Of a DNA stretch of 58,594 bases, positions 49,298 through 58,594 are shown one piece after another (within the stretch, counting starts at the first letter, position 1; the number at the start of each line of letters is the position of its first letter). The stretch is taken from NCBI GenBank assembly GCA_050261575.1, contig JBLNDL010000056.1:1-58594 (forward strand), read 5' to 3'. Made by a program: the position numbers and the translations under genes. The notes below the pieces were generated by a model. That model was not told the DNA's origin. It saw nothing but the letters and a program-made list of their open reading frames with translations, and searched no databases. The DNA comes from Sphingomonadaceae bacterium. Lineage in GTDB: Bacteria; Chloroflexota; UBA6077.

Positions 49298-50239
49298 CTA
49301 CTCGCCCGCCGGGCTCACCGCTGGCTTCGGCTCCTCGTCCACCTCCAGGCGGAACACGTCGGGCCGGTTGTAGTGCCCCACCACGTCGAAGTCGAACCGA
49401 CCCTCCGCTACCCTGTTCAGCTCGAGGTCCGTCACCAGCATCCCCTCCTCGCCGAACAGCGGCCCCGCCACGTACTCCCCCATCGGATCCACTATCGCGC
49501 TCCCCCCACGGCTGATCACCTCCGGCCCGGGACCGATCTCCTCCCACTCCGCCGGGATGTCCGACCTCGTCATGAACTGGTTGCACGCCAGCACGAAGCA
49601 GCGTCCCTCGCACGCGATGTGGCGGATCGTTGCCTGCCAGGAGTCCCGGTTGTCCGCCGTCGGCGCCACGTAGATCTCCACACCCTTCGCGTACATCGCC
49701 ATCCGCGCCAGCGGCATGTAGTTCTCCCAGCAGATCAGACCCCCCACGGTCCCGAACGGCGTCCGCACCGCCGTCAGCGTGCTGCCATCCCCCTCTCCCC
49801 AGATCAGCCGCTCCGACCCCGTCGGCTTCAGCTTCCGGTGCTTGCCGAGCAGCCCTCCGTCTGGACTGAAGTACAGCAGCGTGTTGTACAGGGTCCCGCC
49901 TCGGTACCCCTCCACCCGCTCGCTCACCCCCACCACTCCGTACAGCCGGGCCTGCGCGCACGCCGCCCCCAGCCTCTCCGTGATCGGCCCCGGCACCTCC
50001 ACGCTGTTCTCCCAGTACCGGGCGTACGTCCTCCGGCCCGCCTCGCTCCGGCTCCCGATCACCGTGCCGAACCCCATCCCCCTCGGATACCCAGGTATCA
50101 ACACCTCGGGCAGCACCGCCAGCTCCGCCCCCCGTTCGCCCGCCTCCGCTATCAGCCGGCACGCCTTCTCCGCCGTCGCCTCCCGGTCCAGCCCCACCGG
50201 CGACGCCTGAACCACCGCCACTCGAACGGTCTTCCGCAT
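49298..50239 (-). CDS. Nitrilase (carbon-nitrogen hydrolase, branch 1)
   Basis: Catalytic triad PEVLIPGYP (E), HRKLKPT (K), ICWENYMPLAR (C); GHYNRPDVF. Confidence 0.93.
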   Translation of the reverse strand: MRKTVRVAVVQASPVGLDREATAEKACRLIAEAGERGAELAVLPEVLIPGYPRGMGFGTVIGSRSEAGRRTYARYWENSVEVPGPITERLGAACAQARLYGVVGVSERVEGYRGGTLYNTLLYFSPDGGLLGKHRKLKPTGSERLIWGEGDGSTLTAVRTPFGTVGGLICWENYMPLARMAMYAKGVEIYVAPTADNRDSWQATIRHIACEGRCFVLACNQFMTRSDIPAEWEEIGPGPEVISRGGSAIVDPMGEYVAGPLFGEEGMLVTDLELNRVAEGRFDFDVVGHYNRPDVFRLEVDEEPKPAVSPAGE

Positions 50240-50449
50240 CCTCTCGAGACTCCTTCCTCGGGTGTTGGGTGAACCTGGTGTATAATGCCTTCCGCACTCG
50301 TTCGATGCAACCGCCCTCCTGGGCGGCTTTTCCCTCTCCCTCTGGGAGAGGTGCGACGCTCCGCTCGCGCGCGTCGCGGGGTGAGGGCTCCCTAGGGGAG
50401 CCATTCACACCGAGACGGCGACCAGGTGAAGACGAAAGGTCACCTGCCC

Positions 50450-51112
50450 ATGATCCGGATCCCGCTGGCACGCGCCCTGGCGCCCTTCTTGCTGCTGGCC
50501 CTCCTCGTGGCCGGCTGCCAGGCGTCCGCCCAGGCGCCCGCGCCCACCCCCACCAAATCGGCCGCACAGCAAGGAGGAGCTTCAGTGGCTAAGCAGTACA
50601 GCGCACCCCCCGCAATGACCATTGACCCCAACAAGGGCTACACCGCCACCCTCCACACCACCCAGGGCGACATCCAGGTGGAGCTTCTTCCCAAGGACGC
50701 CCCCAAGACGGTGAACAACTTCGTCTTCCTCTCCCGAGAGGGCTTCTACGACGGCGTCAAGTTCCACCGAATCATCAAGGGCTTCATGGTCCAGACGGGC
50801 GACCCCACCGGGACCGGCGCGGGAGGCCCCGGCTACCGCTTCGAGGACGAGCCGGTCAAGCGTGACTATAGGCGGGGCACCGTGGCGATGGCCAACGCCG
50901 GCCCGAACACCAACGGGTCCCAGTTCTTCATCATGCACGCGGATAATCCCCTTCCCCGCAACTACACCATTTTCGGACAGGTGACCGACGCTAAGAGCCT
51001 GGAGACGCTGGACAAGATAGCGTCCACCCCGGTAACCACGGGGCGGTCGGGGGAGCGCTCCACCCCCACCCAGGACGTGCGCATCATCGGCGTCGACGTC
51101 GGCGAGGAGTAG
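50450..51112 (+). CDS. ppiA: Cyclophilin-type peptidyl-prolyl cis-trans isomerase, lipoprotein
   Basis: Lipobox LVAGC; APKTVNNF, FHRIIKGFMVQTGDPTGTG, AMANAGPNTNGSQFFI. Confidence 0.93.
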   Translation: MIRIPLARALAPFLLLALLVAGCQASAQAPAPTPTKSAAQQGGASVAKQYSAPPAMTIDPNKGYTATLHTTQGDIQVELLPKDAPKTVNNFVFLSREGFYDGVKFHRIIKGFMVQTGDPTGTGAGGPGYRFEDEPVKRDYRRGTVAMANAGPNTNGSQFFIMHADNPLPRNYTIFGQVTDAKSLETLDKIASTPVTTGRSGERSTPTQDVRIIGVDVGEE

Positions 51113-51338
51113 CCCCCTCCTCCCCTCTTCCAGGGGAGGGGCGTGAACACACCGCCGGCCCGTTCACGCTGAGAGGCTCCCCGCCTCATGCGCTCGCCCG
51201 GCCCCGGTCCAGCTCGCCCCGCGCCGCTTCCGCCAGCTTCCGCGGCCCGACGAGTCTCCCGTCCTGCCGGATCCTGTCTGATACGATGGTGCACGGGAAC
51301 TGGCTCCCGTCCTTGCGAGCCGCTGTGAACTCCTTCGG

Positions 51339-51385
51339 CGACACCTCTGGCGGGAAACGCGTACCCTGTCTGGAGATACCTGCTT
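51339..51385. repeat. MITE-like element, truncated copy C
   Basis: CGACACCTCTGGCGGGAAACGCGTACCCTGTCTGGAGATACCTGCTT matches the right two-thirds of copies A and B. Confidence 0.7.
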
Positions 51386-51465
51386 GGGTGCGCCGTTCCA
51401 CATAATGGCCCAACGATGCGGGTGGGCCATTATGCGGCATCGCTGCCCCTCATCGTTTCTGCCCC

Positions 51466-51494
51466 TTGACCGGGCATCCTCCACGGGGTACAGT
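51466..51494 (+). promoter_or_regulatory. Promoter of tRNA-Trp
   Basis: TTGACC-17 bp-TACAGT. Confidence 0.65.
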
Positions 51495-51527
51495 GTATTG
51501 TGTGGCCCGACCGAGCCGGGCCCTCGT

Positions 51528-51603
<76 letters not shown>

Positions 51604-51840
51604 GCGCTGTCCCCGCGTCTCCCCATCCCCCCGTCTCCGTGCCACCACCGCCGGTAGGGGCGGACCTGCGTGTCCACCCTCATCATTCTCTCGCTGGAGA
51701 TCCCACCGAGACTGGTCCCCAGGGTCTCTTGGTGACTCGTTCCCGAAGTGGGGCAAGGGTTTTATCCCCTGCCGCCCGCACCATCCCACCTCCGGCACGA
51801 CGCGCTTGGCCTTCGACGCCCCCTGCAAATGGCCCCCCAA

Positions 51841-51876
51841 AAAAAAGTTGCGCGGCGCCGAGTCGTGTGGTATCCT
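51841..51876 (+). promoter_or_regulatory. Dedicated promoter of the 5S rRNA gene
   Basis: A-tract (UP-like), TTGCGC-17 bp-(TGg)TATCCT ending about 7 nt before the 5S 5' end. Confidence 0.65.
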
Positions 51877-51883
51877 CATGACG

Positions 51884-52001
51884 TCCTGGTGTCGTGAGCG
51901 AGGTGGAACCACCCGTTCCCATCCCGAACACGGCAGTGAAACGCTTCAGCGCCGACGATACTGTGAGGGCAACCTTACGGGAGAATAGGTCGATGCCAGG
52001 A
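51884..52001 (+). rRNA. rrf: 5S rRNA (orphan, not linked to 16S/23S)
   Basis: Helix I TCCTGG/CCAGGA; conserved CACCCGTTCCCATCCCGAACACGG, GTGAAAC, AGCGCCGACGATACT and GGGAGAATAGGTCG; about 118 nt. Confidence 0.96.
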
Positions 52002-52257
52002 CGCCTCTGCAAACCGAAGGCCGGCACCAAGTGCCGGCCTCGTCGATTCTCCCGACTGTCCGGCGCGGCGCGCCGGTGCCATCGACCACGGGGGAGTCGG
52101 CGTCGGGGATAACGCCGTGCCCCCGACCCGTCTTCCGGGGACCGGCGTCGGGACGACGCCGGCCAGTGCGGACGGAATCGCAGAGGCACGGAGCAGGCGA
52201 AGCCGACCGATTCGCGACTCCGCGTTCTCCGTGCCTCCGTGGTGAGCGCCGTTGTCC

Positions 52258-52869
52258 CTACCGGCGAGGCGTCAGGAACTTGGCCGCCACCCAGCCCGCG
52301 TTGCCGTCCGGATCCCGGACGTTCCGCCATGTCAACCCGTCGGCTTCCTTGTCCTCGCCAACCACGGTCATGACGGTCTTATCCGGCCACACCTTCAGGA
52401 TCCGGCCATCGGCGGAAGGCACGCTGCGGAGGAAGACTCCCTGGCCGCCGGTGTTCTCCACGACCACGGTAGCTGGCTGCGGTGTGGCTGTCGGTGTGGG
52501 CGTGTTGGGCTGCTGCGGCGTGGCCGCAGCCGTGGGCTGCGCGGCGGCGGTGGGCTGCGTGGCGACGATGGTGGGTTGCGAGTTGCTCAGTGGCGTCGCG
52601 ACGGCCGCCGTCGGTTGCCGCACCGGCTCCGCTGGCTGGCCTTCGGCGCTGCCGCTTCGCTGCGGCACCCCGTACAGGCTGGTGGTCAACGCCAGCAGAA
52701 TCGCCAGCAGCACCAGCGGTAGCCAGTGGAGCAGCCTCGCGCTCCAGTGTTTGGGATGCTTCTCTGCGGCGTGCACCGCCCCGATGCCGCCGCCATCTCC
52801 TGGCTTCTCCTCAGGGATCTGCGCGCTCGCCTCGAGGTTGGCGCGGGAATCTTCGGTGCCTGGCTGCAA
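52258..52869 (-). CDS. Membrane-anchored SH3b-domain protein
   Basis: TM helix, Pro/Thr/Gln linker, VENTGGQGVFLRSVP...WRNVRDPDGNAGWVAAKFL; start uncertain. Confidence 0.8.
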   Translation of the reverse strand: MQPGTEDSRANLEASAQIPEEKPGDGGGIGAVHAAEKHPKHWSARLLHWLPLVLLAILLALTTSLYGVPQRSGSAEGQPAEPVRQPTAAVATPLSNSQPTIVATQPTAAAQPTAAATPQQPNTPTPTATPQPATVVVENTGGQGVFLRSVPSADGRILKVWPDKTVMTVVGEDKEADGLTWRNVRDPDGNAGWVAAKFLTPRR

Positions 52870-53030
52870 GCTCTACTCTCCAGGAAACGAGAATGGTGGA
52901 TGGGGGGCGAACCACAGCGGTGGGATCGCGATACAGTATAGCAGTCCCGCCGCCCTTTGCACCCGCTTCCTAGAACCAAAGTGAGCAGGAATCACCCCCC
53001 TCCCCAGTGAGAGAGGGGATCACGCGATCC

Positions 53031-53078
53031 CCTGGGAGAGGCGTGAACGTGCCGCCGGTGCGTTCACGGGGTGAGGGG
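53031..53078 (+). repeat. Structured dispersed repeat, copy 5
   Basis: CCTGGGAGAGG-CGTGAACGTG-CCGCCGG-TGCGTTCACG-GGGTGAGGGG. Confidence 0.8.
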
Positions 53079-53083
53079 CCTCC

Positions 53084-53593
53084 TCACTCGATCGCCGCCA
53101 GTGGCTGCCCCTGCTCCACCGCCTCCCCCCGACTCACCCCCACCTGCACCACCCGCCCGGCCCGCGGGGCGACCACGTCGTTCTCCATCTTCATCGCCTC
53201 CAGCACCAGCAGCCGCTGGCCCGCCTCCACCGAATCGCCCTCCGCCACCTCCACCTGCACCACCAGGCCAGGCATCGGCGCTTTCACGGTGACCCTCCCC
53301 TCCGCCTTCTGCAGCGCGCTCCCCAGCGAGGCGAGCCTCTGGAGCCGCTCGTCCTCCACCTGCAGCTCGAACACCTCCCCGTCCACCGCCACCTCGTACC
53401 CCCAGGGCCTCTCCACCGCCGCCAAATCGTACGGTCTCCCGTCCACCAGCAGCGTGTGGATCCCCGGTGCCCCCTCCTCCAGCCGCACCCGCACCTGCCG
53501 GCCGCACACCAGGAGGGTAGCTTCGCCATCCCGTTCCCGCAGGACCACCGGGTACTCCCGATCCCCCACCCGGATCCGGTACCTCACCTCCAT
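53084..53593 (-). CDS. accB: Biotin carboxyl carrier protein of acyl-CoA carboxylase
   Basis: KAPMPG, LEAMKMEN biotinylation motif; ATG 53593 overlaps the accC end. Confidence 0.92.
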   Translation of the reverse strand: MEVRYRIRVGDREYPVVLRERDGEATLLVCGRQVRVRLEEGAPGIHTLLVDGRPYDLAAVERPWGYEVAVDGEVFELQVEDERLQRLASLGSALQKAEGRVTVKAPMPGLVVQVEVAEGDSVEAGQRLLVLEAMKMENDVVAPRAGRVVQVGVSRGEAVEQGQPLAAIE

Positions 53594-55089
53594 CCCACCG
53601 CCTCCCGCCTCGCGGCGGCGCCCCAACGGGTGCCACCGTTCGGGTTCGACGTGAGCGTCAGGGGCGGGCGCCGCCGCCGAGCGGCCAGCAGCGCGGCGGC
53701 GGCCACGGCCACGGGCAGCAGCTCCTCTTCCTCCGGAACCGCCTCGAACCACCGCTCCACGAAGTGGGTGTCGTAGTGGCCCTGCAGGAAGCCCTCCTCC
53801 GCCATGGCGAACCGGTGGAAGGGGATGGTGGTCTTCACCCCCAGCACAACGTACTCCCGAAGCGCCCGGCCCATCCTGGCTACGACCTCTTCCCGGGTGC
53901 CCCCCCACGCCACTAGCTTCGCCAGCAGCGGGTCGTAGTGGGGGCCCACGACCATGCCCGAGTAGCTCGCGCTCTCCACCCGCACCCCGGGCCCCGCGGG
54001 CTGCTGCAGCAGCTCGATGGTGCCCGTCGAGGGCAGGAAACCGTTGCGCGGGTCCTCCGCGTAGATCCGGCACTCGATGGCCGATCTTGTCGGGGCTGGC
54101 GGCGGGTGCCGCTCGGCGTCCAGCCTGCTCCCTGCCGCGATCCGTAGCTGCTCCCGCACCAGGTCCAGGCCGAGCGCCTCCTCCGTGACGGGGTGCTCCA
54201 CCTGCAGCCGGGCGTTCATCTCCAGGAAGTAGAAGCCACCCCGTCCGTCCACCAGGAACTCGGCCGTTCCGGCGTTCAGGTAGCCCGCGCTCCTCGCCAC
54301 CCTGGTCGCCGCGTCGAAGAGGGCGGCGCGCAGCGCAGGCGTCACCGCCGGAGAGGGGGTCTCCTCGATCAGCTTCTGGTGGCGGCGCTGGATGGAGCAG
54401 TCCCGCTCCCCGAGGCAGACGACGTTGCCGGCCGTGTCGGCCAGCAACTGCACCTCCACGTGGCGAGGGTGCTCGATCAGCTTCTCCAGGTAGACGCACC
54501 CGTCCCCGAAGGCGCTTCGCGCCTCGCTCGCGGCCGCGCGGAATGCGTCTGCCAGTCCCGCCTCGGAGTCCACCCGCCGCATCCCCTTCCCCCCGCCCCC
54601 CGAACAGGCTTTGAGCAGCACCGGGTAGCCCGCCTGCGAAGCCAGCTCCCGCAGCTCCTCCAGCGACCCCACGCGCGAGGGCGAGCCCGGCACCACCGGC
54701 ACCCCGGCAGCCCTCGCCACCGCCCGCGCGCTCGTCTTCTCCCCGATCCGCCGCATCGCCTCGGCCGTCGGCCCGACGAACGTGATGCCAGCCCGCTCGC
54801 ACGCCTCCGCGAGGTCGGGGTTCTCCGAGAGGAAGCCGTAGCCGGGGTGGAGCGCGTCGGCGCCGCTCCGCTTGGCCACGTCCAGGATCCGCTCCATTTG
54901 CAGGTAGCTATCCTTGGGGGCGGCGCCCCCGATCGGGTACGCCTCGTCGGCCATCCGGACGTGGCGTGCCCCCCGATCGGCGTCGCTGTACACCGCCACC
55001 ACCGGCAGACCCACCTCCCGGCAGGCCCGTATGATCCGGACGGCGATCTCTCCCCTGTTCGCGATCAGCAGCTTCTTGAACGACCCCAT
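53584..55089 (-). CDS. accC: Biotin carboxylase subunit of acetyl/propionyl-CoA carboxylase
   Basis: IANRGEIAVR, HPGYGFLSEN, GGGGKGMR, ERDCSIQRRHQK, EMNARLQVEHPVTE, RIYAEDP. Confidence 0.95.
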   Translation of the reverse strand: MGSFKKLLIANRGEIAVRIIRACREVGLPVVAVYSDADRGARHVRMADEAYPIGGAAPKDSYLQMERILDVAKRSGADALHPGYGFLSENPDLAEACERAGITFVGPTAEAMRRIGEKTSARAVARAAGVPVVPGSPSRVGSLEELRELASQAGYPVLLKACSGGGGKGMRRVDSEAGLADAFRAAASEARSAFGDGCVYLEKLIEHPRHVEVQLLADTAGNVVCLGERDCSIQRRHQKLIEETPSPAVTPALRAALFDAATRVARSAGYLNAGTAEFLVDGRGGFYFLEMNARLQVEHPVTEEALGLDLVREQLRIAAGSRLDAERHPPPAPTRSAIECRIYAEDPRNGFLPSTGTIELLQQPAGPGVRVESASYSGMVVGPHYDPLLAKLVAWGGTREEVVARMGRALREYVVLGVKTTIPFHRFAMAEEGFLQGHYDTHFVERWFEAVPEEEELLPVAVAAAALLAARRRRPPLTLTSNPNGGTRWGAAARREAVGWR

Positions 55090-55301
55090 TCCCCCAGTGC
55101 CGGGGACTCAGGACTGAGCACCGAGCCCTCGCCCCAAGTTGGAACCCTGTGCATGCACCCCGCGTCTGGACCGAAGGCGGGGCAGGGACCCCTCCCCTGC
55201 CGCCCCTCGCGCCCGGCGGGCCCGCTGCGGCTGGGCTTGCACGCAGGTCCGCTCCAACGATCGCCCGCCGCGACCACCCTCCACTCACCACTCGTCACGC
55301 G

Positions 55302-56861
55302 TCACAGTGGTATGTTCCCGTGCTTCTTCGGCGGGTTGGCGTCCCTCTTGTGGCGCAGACTCTCCAGTGCCCAGATCAGCTTCGGCCGCGTCTCCCTCGG
55401 CTCGATCACCTCGTCGATGTAGCCTCGCGAGGCGGCCACGTAGGGGTTGGCGAACTTCTCCTGGTAATCCCGCACCAGCCGCTCCCGCGTCGCCGCGGGG
55501 TCGTCCGACCCGTCGATCGCGTCCTTGAAGATGATGCTCACCGCCCCCTCCGGCCCCATCACCGCGATCTCCGCGCTCGGCCAGGCGAAGTTCACGTCGG
55601 TCCGCCCCTCCTTGCTGCTCATCACCGTGTAGGCCCCGCCGTACGCCTTCCGCGTCACCACCGAGACCTTCGGCACCGTCGCCTCGATATATGCGTACAA
55701 CAGCTTCGCCCCGTGCCGGATGATCCCGCCGTGCTCCTGCTTCACCCCAGGCATGAAGCCCGGCACGTCCTCGAACGTCACCAGCGGGATGTTGAAGCAG
55801 TCGCAGAAGCGGACGAAGCGCGCCCCCTTCACCGAGGCGTCGATGTCCAGCACCCCGGCCAGCACCGAGGGCTGTTGCGCCACGATCCCGACCGGCCGCC
55901 CGTTCAGCCGCGCGAAGCCGACGATGATGTTCCGGGCGAAGCCCGCCTGCACCTCCAGGAACTCGCCGTCGTCCACCACCAGCCGGATGACCTCGTGCAT
56001 GTCGTACGATTTCGCCGGATCCTCGGGTACGATCTCGTTCAGCCGCTCCTCCATCCGATCTGGCGGATCGGTGGGGACGAGGCACGGCGGGTCGTCCAGG
56101 TTGTTGGAGGGGAGGTATCCCAGCAGCCGCCGCAGCAGGTCGATCGCCTCCCCCTCCGACTCCGCGGCGAAGTGGGCCACCCCGCTCAGCGTGCTGTGGA
56201 CGTCGGCGCCTCCTAACTGTTCGAACGATACCTCCTCGTGAGTCACCGTCCTCACCACGTTGGGCCCCGTCACGAACATGTGGGAGGTACCTCGCACCAT
56301 CAGGACGAAGTCGGTGATGGCGGGGGAGTACACCGCCCCGCCCGCGCATGGGCCCATCACGGCCGATATCTGGGGCACCACCCCGGAGGCCAGCACGTTC
56401 CGCCGGAAGATCTCCGTGTAGGCGGAGAGGCTGACCACCCCCTCCTGGATCCGCGCCCCCCCGGAGTCGTTCAGCCCCACGATCGGGGCGCCGTTGCGCA
56501 TCGCCAGGTCCATCACCTTGCAGATCTTCTCGGCATGCGCCTCCGATAACGCGCCCCCGAAGACCGTGAAATCCTGGGAATACACGTACACCAGGCGCCC
56601 ATCCACGGTGCCGTACCCCGTCACCACCCCATCACCCAGGAACTTCTGCCGTTCCATGCCGAAGTCCGTGGAGCGGTGGGTGACGAACATCCCCATCTCC
56701 TGGAAGGAGCCGGGGTCCAGCAGCAGCTCCAGCCGCTCTCGGGCAGTCAGCTTCCCTCTGGCGTGCTGCTGCTCGATCCTCCGCTCCCCTCCGCCCAGCA
56801 TCGCCTTCTGCCGCATCCGTCGGAGGTGGTCGATCCTGTTCTCTGTGCGGTCGGTCCTCAT
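55302..56861 (-). CDS. pccB: Acyl-CoA (propionyl-CoA-type) carboxylase carboxyltransferase subunit
   Basis: [63 protein letters not shown]. Confidence 0.93.
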   Translation of the reverse strand: MRTDRTENRIDHLRRMRQKAMLGGGERRIEQQHARGKLTARERLELLLDPGSFQEMGMFVTHRSTDFGMERQKFLGDGVVTGYGTVDGRLVYVYSQDFTVFGGALSEAHAEKICKVMDLAMRNGAPIVGLNDSGGARIQEGVVSLSAYTEIFRRNVLASGVVPQISAVMGPCAGGAVYSPAITDFVLMVRGTSHMFVTGPNVVRTVTHEEVSFEQLGGADVHSTLSGVAHFAAESEGEAIDLLRRLLGYLPSNNLDDPPCLVPTDPPDRMEERLNEIVPEDPAKSYDMHEVIRLVVDDGEFLEVQAGFARNIIVGFARLNGRPVGIVAQQPSVLAGVLDIDASVKGARFVRFCDCFNIPLVTFEDVPGFMPGVKQEHGGIIRHGAKLLYAYIEATVPKVSVVTRKAYGGAYTVMSSKEGRTDVNFAWPSAEIAVMGPEGAVSIIFKDAIDGSDDPAATRERLVRDYQEKFANPYVAASRGYIDEVIEPRETRPKLIWALESLRHKRDANPPKKHGNIPL

Positions 56862-57098
56862 CAGTCGGTTTCCCCGTAGGCGCAGCCTGCGTGCTAGTTT
56901 GGGGCCCAAAGGAGGTCGCGGTGCACGCTCTTTTACCAGGTTATTCTTTCACGAAGCGTGCCATTTTCCTTTCTGCTCCCGGACCTGGCCCATTTCTTGT
57001 TCCTTGTGGCAGCGCGGTTCCACGTGATCGGACGGCCACGGTCCTCGGCGCAGGGGGCCGCCCCCTGCGCCGAGGTCGTGCACGCATCGGAGGGGCTG

Positions 57099-58594
57099 AT
57101 GGGCGATCGGATTGCCGGCCACCGGGACGGGGACCTTGGGGGGAGCGCAGAGATCGTGTGGTGGCCGACCCCCGAGTACACGGATGGGAGCCACCTGCGG
57201 CGGTTCATGGAGCGGCACGGCCTGTCCGGCTACGAGGCGCTACTCGCGCGCGCCGTCCGAGACCCCGAGTGGTTCTGGGACGCCGTGGTCAGGGACCTTG
57301 ACGTCCGGTTCTACTCTCCCTACAGGCAGGTGCTGGATCTATCCCAGGGGATGCCCTGGGCGCGCTGGTTCGTCGGCGGCAGCTTCAACTACGTGCACAA
57401 CGCCCTGGACAAGCACGCGGCCTCGCCCCGGTCGCAGGGGACTGCTCTGATCTGGGAGGGTGAGGAGGGACGGGTGCGCCGTCTCACCTACCGCGAGCTG
57501 TACGGCGAGGTCAACCGTCTGGCCGGGGCGCTCGTGGCGATGGGGATCCGGAAGGGCGACATGGTGGGCATCTTCATGCCGATGGTCCCGGAGACCGTGG
57601 TCGCCACCCTCGCCTGCTCCAAGATCGGCGCCGTCTACATCCCGGTCTTCTCCGGCTATGCCGCACCGGCGGTCGCATCCCGACTCTCCGATGGCGAAGT
57701 CCGGCTGCTGATCACGGCGGATGGCTTCTACCGCCGGGGTGCGATGGTCCCGATGAAGGAGGTCGCCGACGAGGCCGCCGACCTCGTGCCCAGCGTGGAG
57801 AAGGTGCTGGTATGCCGCCGCGCTGGCCGTCCGGTGCCCTGGCGCGAGGGCAGAGACCTCTGGTGGGACGAGGCGGTGCGGGGGCGGCCGGAGGAGCACG
57901 AGACGGAGAGGACCGATCCCGAGGATCCCTACATGATCATCTACACCTCGGGGACCACAGGCAGGCCGAAGGGGGCGGTCCACGTTCACGGCGGGTTCCC
58001 CATCAAGGCCACCCAGGATATGGCCCACTGTTTCGACCTGCGGGAGGGGGATCTGCTCTTCTGGTTCACCGACCTGGGCTGGATGATGGGGCCGTGGGCC
58101 ATCGCGGGGGCCCTGATGCTGGGCAGCAGCCTCTTCATCTACGACGGGGCGCCCGACTACCCAGGTCCCGACCGGCTGTGGGAGATGGTGGACCGGCACG
58201 GCATTACCACCCTTGGGCTCTCGCCCACCCTGGTCCGGGGACTGATGCGCCACGGCGGGGAGTGGGTGAGAAGGCACGACCTCGGGAGTCTGAGGGTGTT
58301 GGGCTCCACCGGCGAGCCGTGGAACCCGGAGTCCTGGCGGTGGTACTTCGAGAATGTGGGGGGAGCCCGCTGCCCCATCATCAACTACTCGGGCGGGACC
58401 GAGGTATCCGGGGGCATCCTGGGGTGCACGGTGCTCCACCCCCAGAAGCCGTGCAGCTTCACCGGTCCGGTGCCGGGCATGGACGCCGACGTGCTGGACG
58501 AGAGCGGGCGCTCCATGCGCGGCAGCGTGGGCGAGCTGGCGATCCGGGGACCCTGGGTGGGGATGACCCGGGGCTTCTGGAAGGACCCAGACCG
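57099..58594 (+). CDS. Acetyl-CoA synthetase-like AMP-forming acyl-CoA ligase, truncated by the window end
   Basis: Read manually because it is absent from the ORF track (no stop codon in window): ARWFVGG, LIWEGEEG, LTYREL, ITADGFYRRG, IIYTSGTTGRPKG, TDLGWMMG, STGEPWNP, INYSGGTE. Confidence 0.92.
   Translation, partial: MGDRIAGHRDGDLGGSAEIVWWPTPEYTDGSHLRRFMERHGLSGYEALLARAVRDPEWFWDAVVRDLDVRFYSPYRQVLDLSQGMPWARWFVGGSFNYVHNALDKHAASPRSQGTALIWEGEEGRVRRLTYRELYGEVNRLAGALVAMGIRKGDMVGIFMPMVPETVVATLACSKIGAVYIPVFSGYAAPAVASRLSDGEVRLLITADGFYRRGAMVPMKEVADEAADLVPSVEKVLVCRRAGRPVPWREGRDLWWDEAVRGRPEEHETERTDPEDPYMIIYTSGTTGRPKGAVHVHGGFPIKATQDMAHCFDLREGDLLFWFTDLGWMMGPWAIAGALMLGSSLFIYDGAPDYPGPDRLWEMVDRHGITTLGLSPTLVRGLMRHGGEWVRRHDLGSLRVLGSTGEPWNPESWRWYFENVGGARCPIINYSGGTEVSGGILGCTVLHPQKPCSFTGPVPGMDADVLDESGRSMRGSVGELAIRGPWVGMTRGFWKDPD

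Noticed and set aside
51401..51434. CATAATGGCCCA...TGGGCCATTATG inverted repeat, with arms reminiscent of dif/XerC sites
   Set aside because: The spacer is far longer than the 6-bp dif core and there is no XerD arm. Treated as an unexplained hairpin.
56945..56966. Minus-strand TGGCACG possible sigma54 promoter upstream of pccB
   Set aside because: The -12 element reads GTGA rather than TTGC, and there is no enhancer-binding protein in the window.

Overview
GC-rich bacterial chromosomal segment, probably from a Chloroflexota lineage. That assignment is inferred from the Pro/Ala-linker lipoproteins, a Chloroflexi-type secreted domain and the intergenic repeat families. The left half is catabolic and accessory: pheA; larA-ocd; an IclR-tctBAC-dehydrogenase-PAL-like operon bracketed by a 102-bp perfect direct repeat of the ocd 3' end with no integrase; a LIV-type ABC transporter with two PLP enzymes; and a second IclR-led operon (family III CoA transferase, HMG-CoA-lyase-like, tctCBA). 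The middle is an ilvB-ilvH-ilvC-leuA-leuC-leuD operon under a Leu (CUC) T-box with a duplicated antiterminator/terminator. leuB is cut off from this operon by a three-gene two-component signalling insertion. The right part holds ABC-F, a PBP/beta-lactamase-fold serine hydrolase, a BON protein, a gluzincin-like protein, SnoaL, AOR, PadR with a 26-bp palindromic operator, nitrilase, cyclophilin, tRNA-Trp, an orphan 5S rRNA with its own promoter, an SH3 protein, an acyl-CoA carboxylase operon and a truncated acyl-CoA synthetase. No CRISPR array, transposase, integrase or defence system is visible. The most notable signals are the integrase-less island, its PAL-like lyase pathway, a promoter/operator shared by the two IclR modules, and several structured dispersed repeat families. 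All alignments and coordinates were worked out by eye and no database searches were run.
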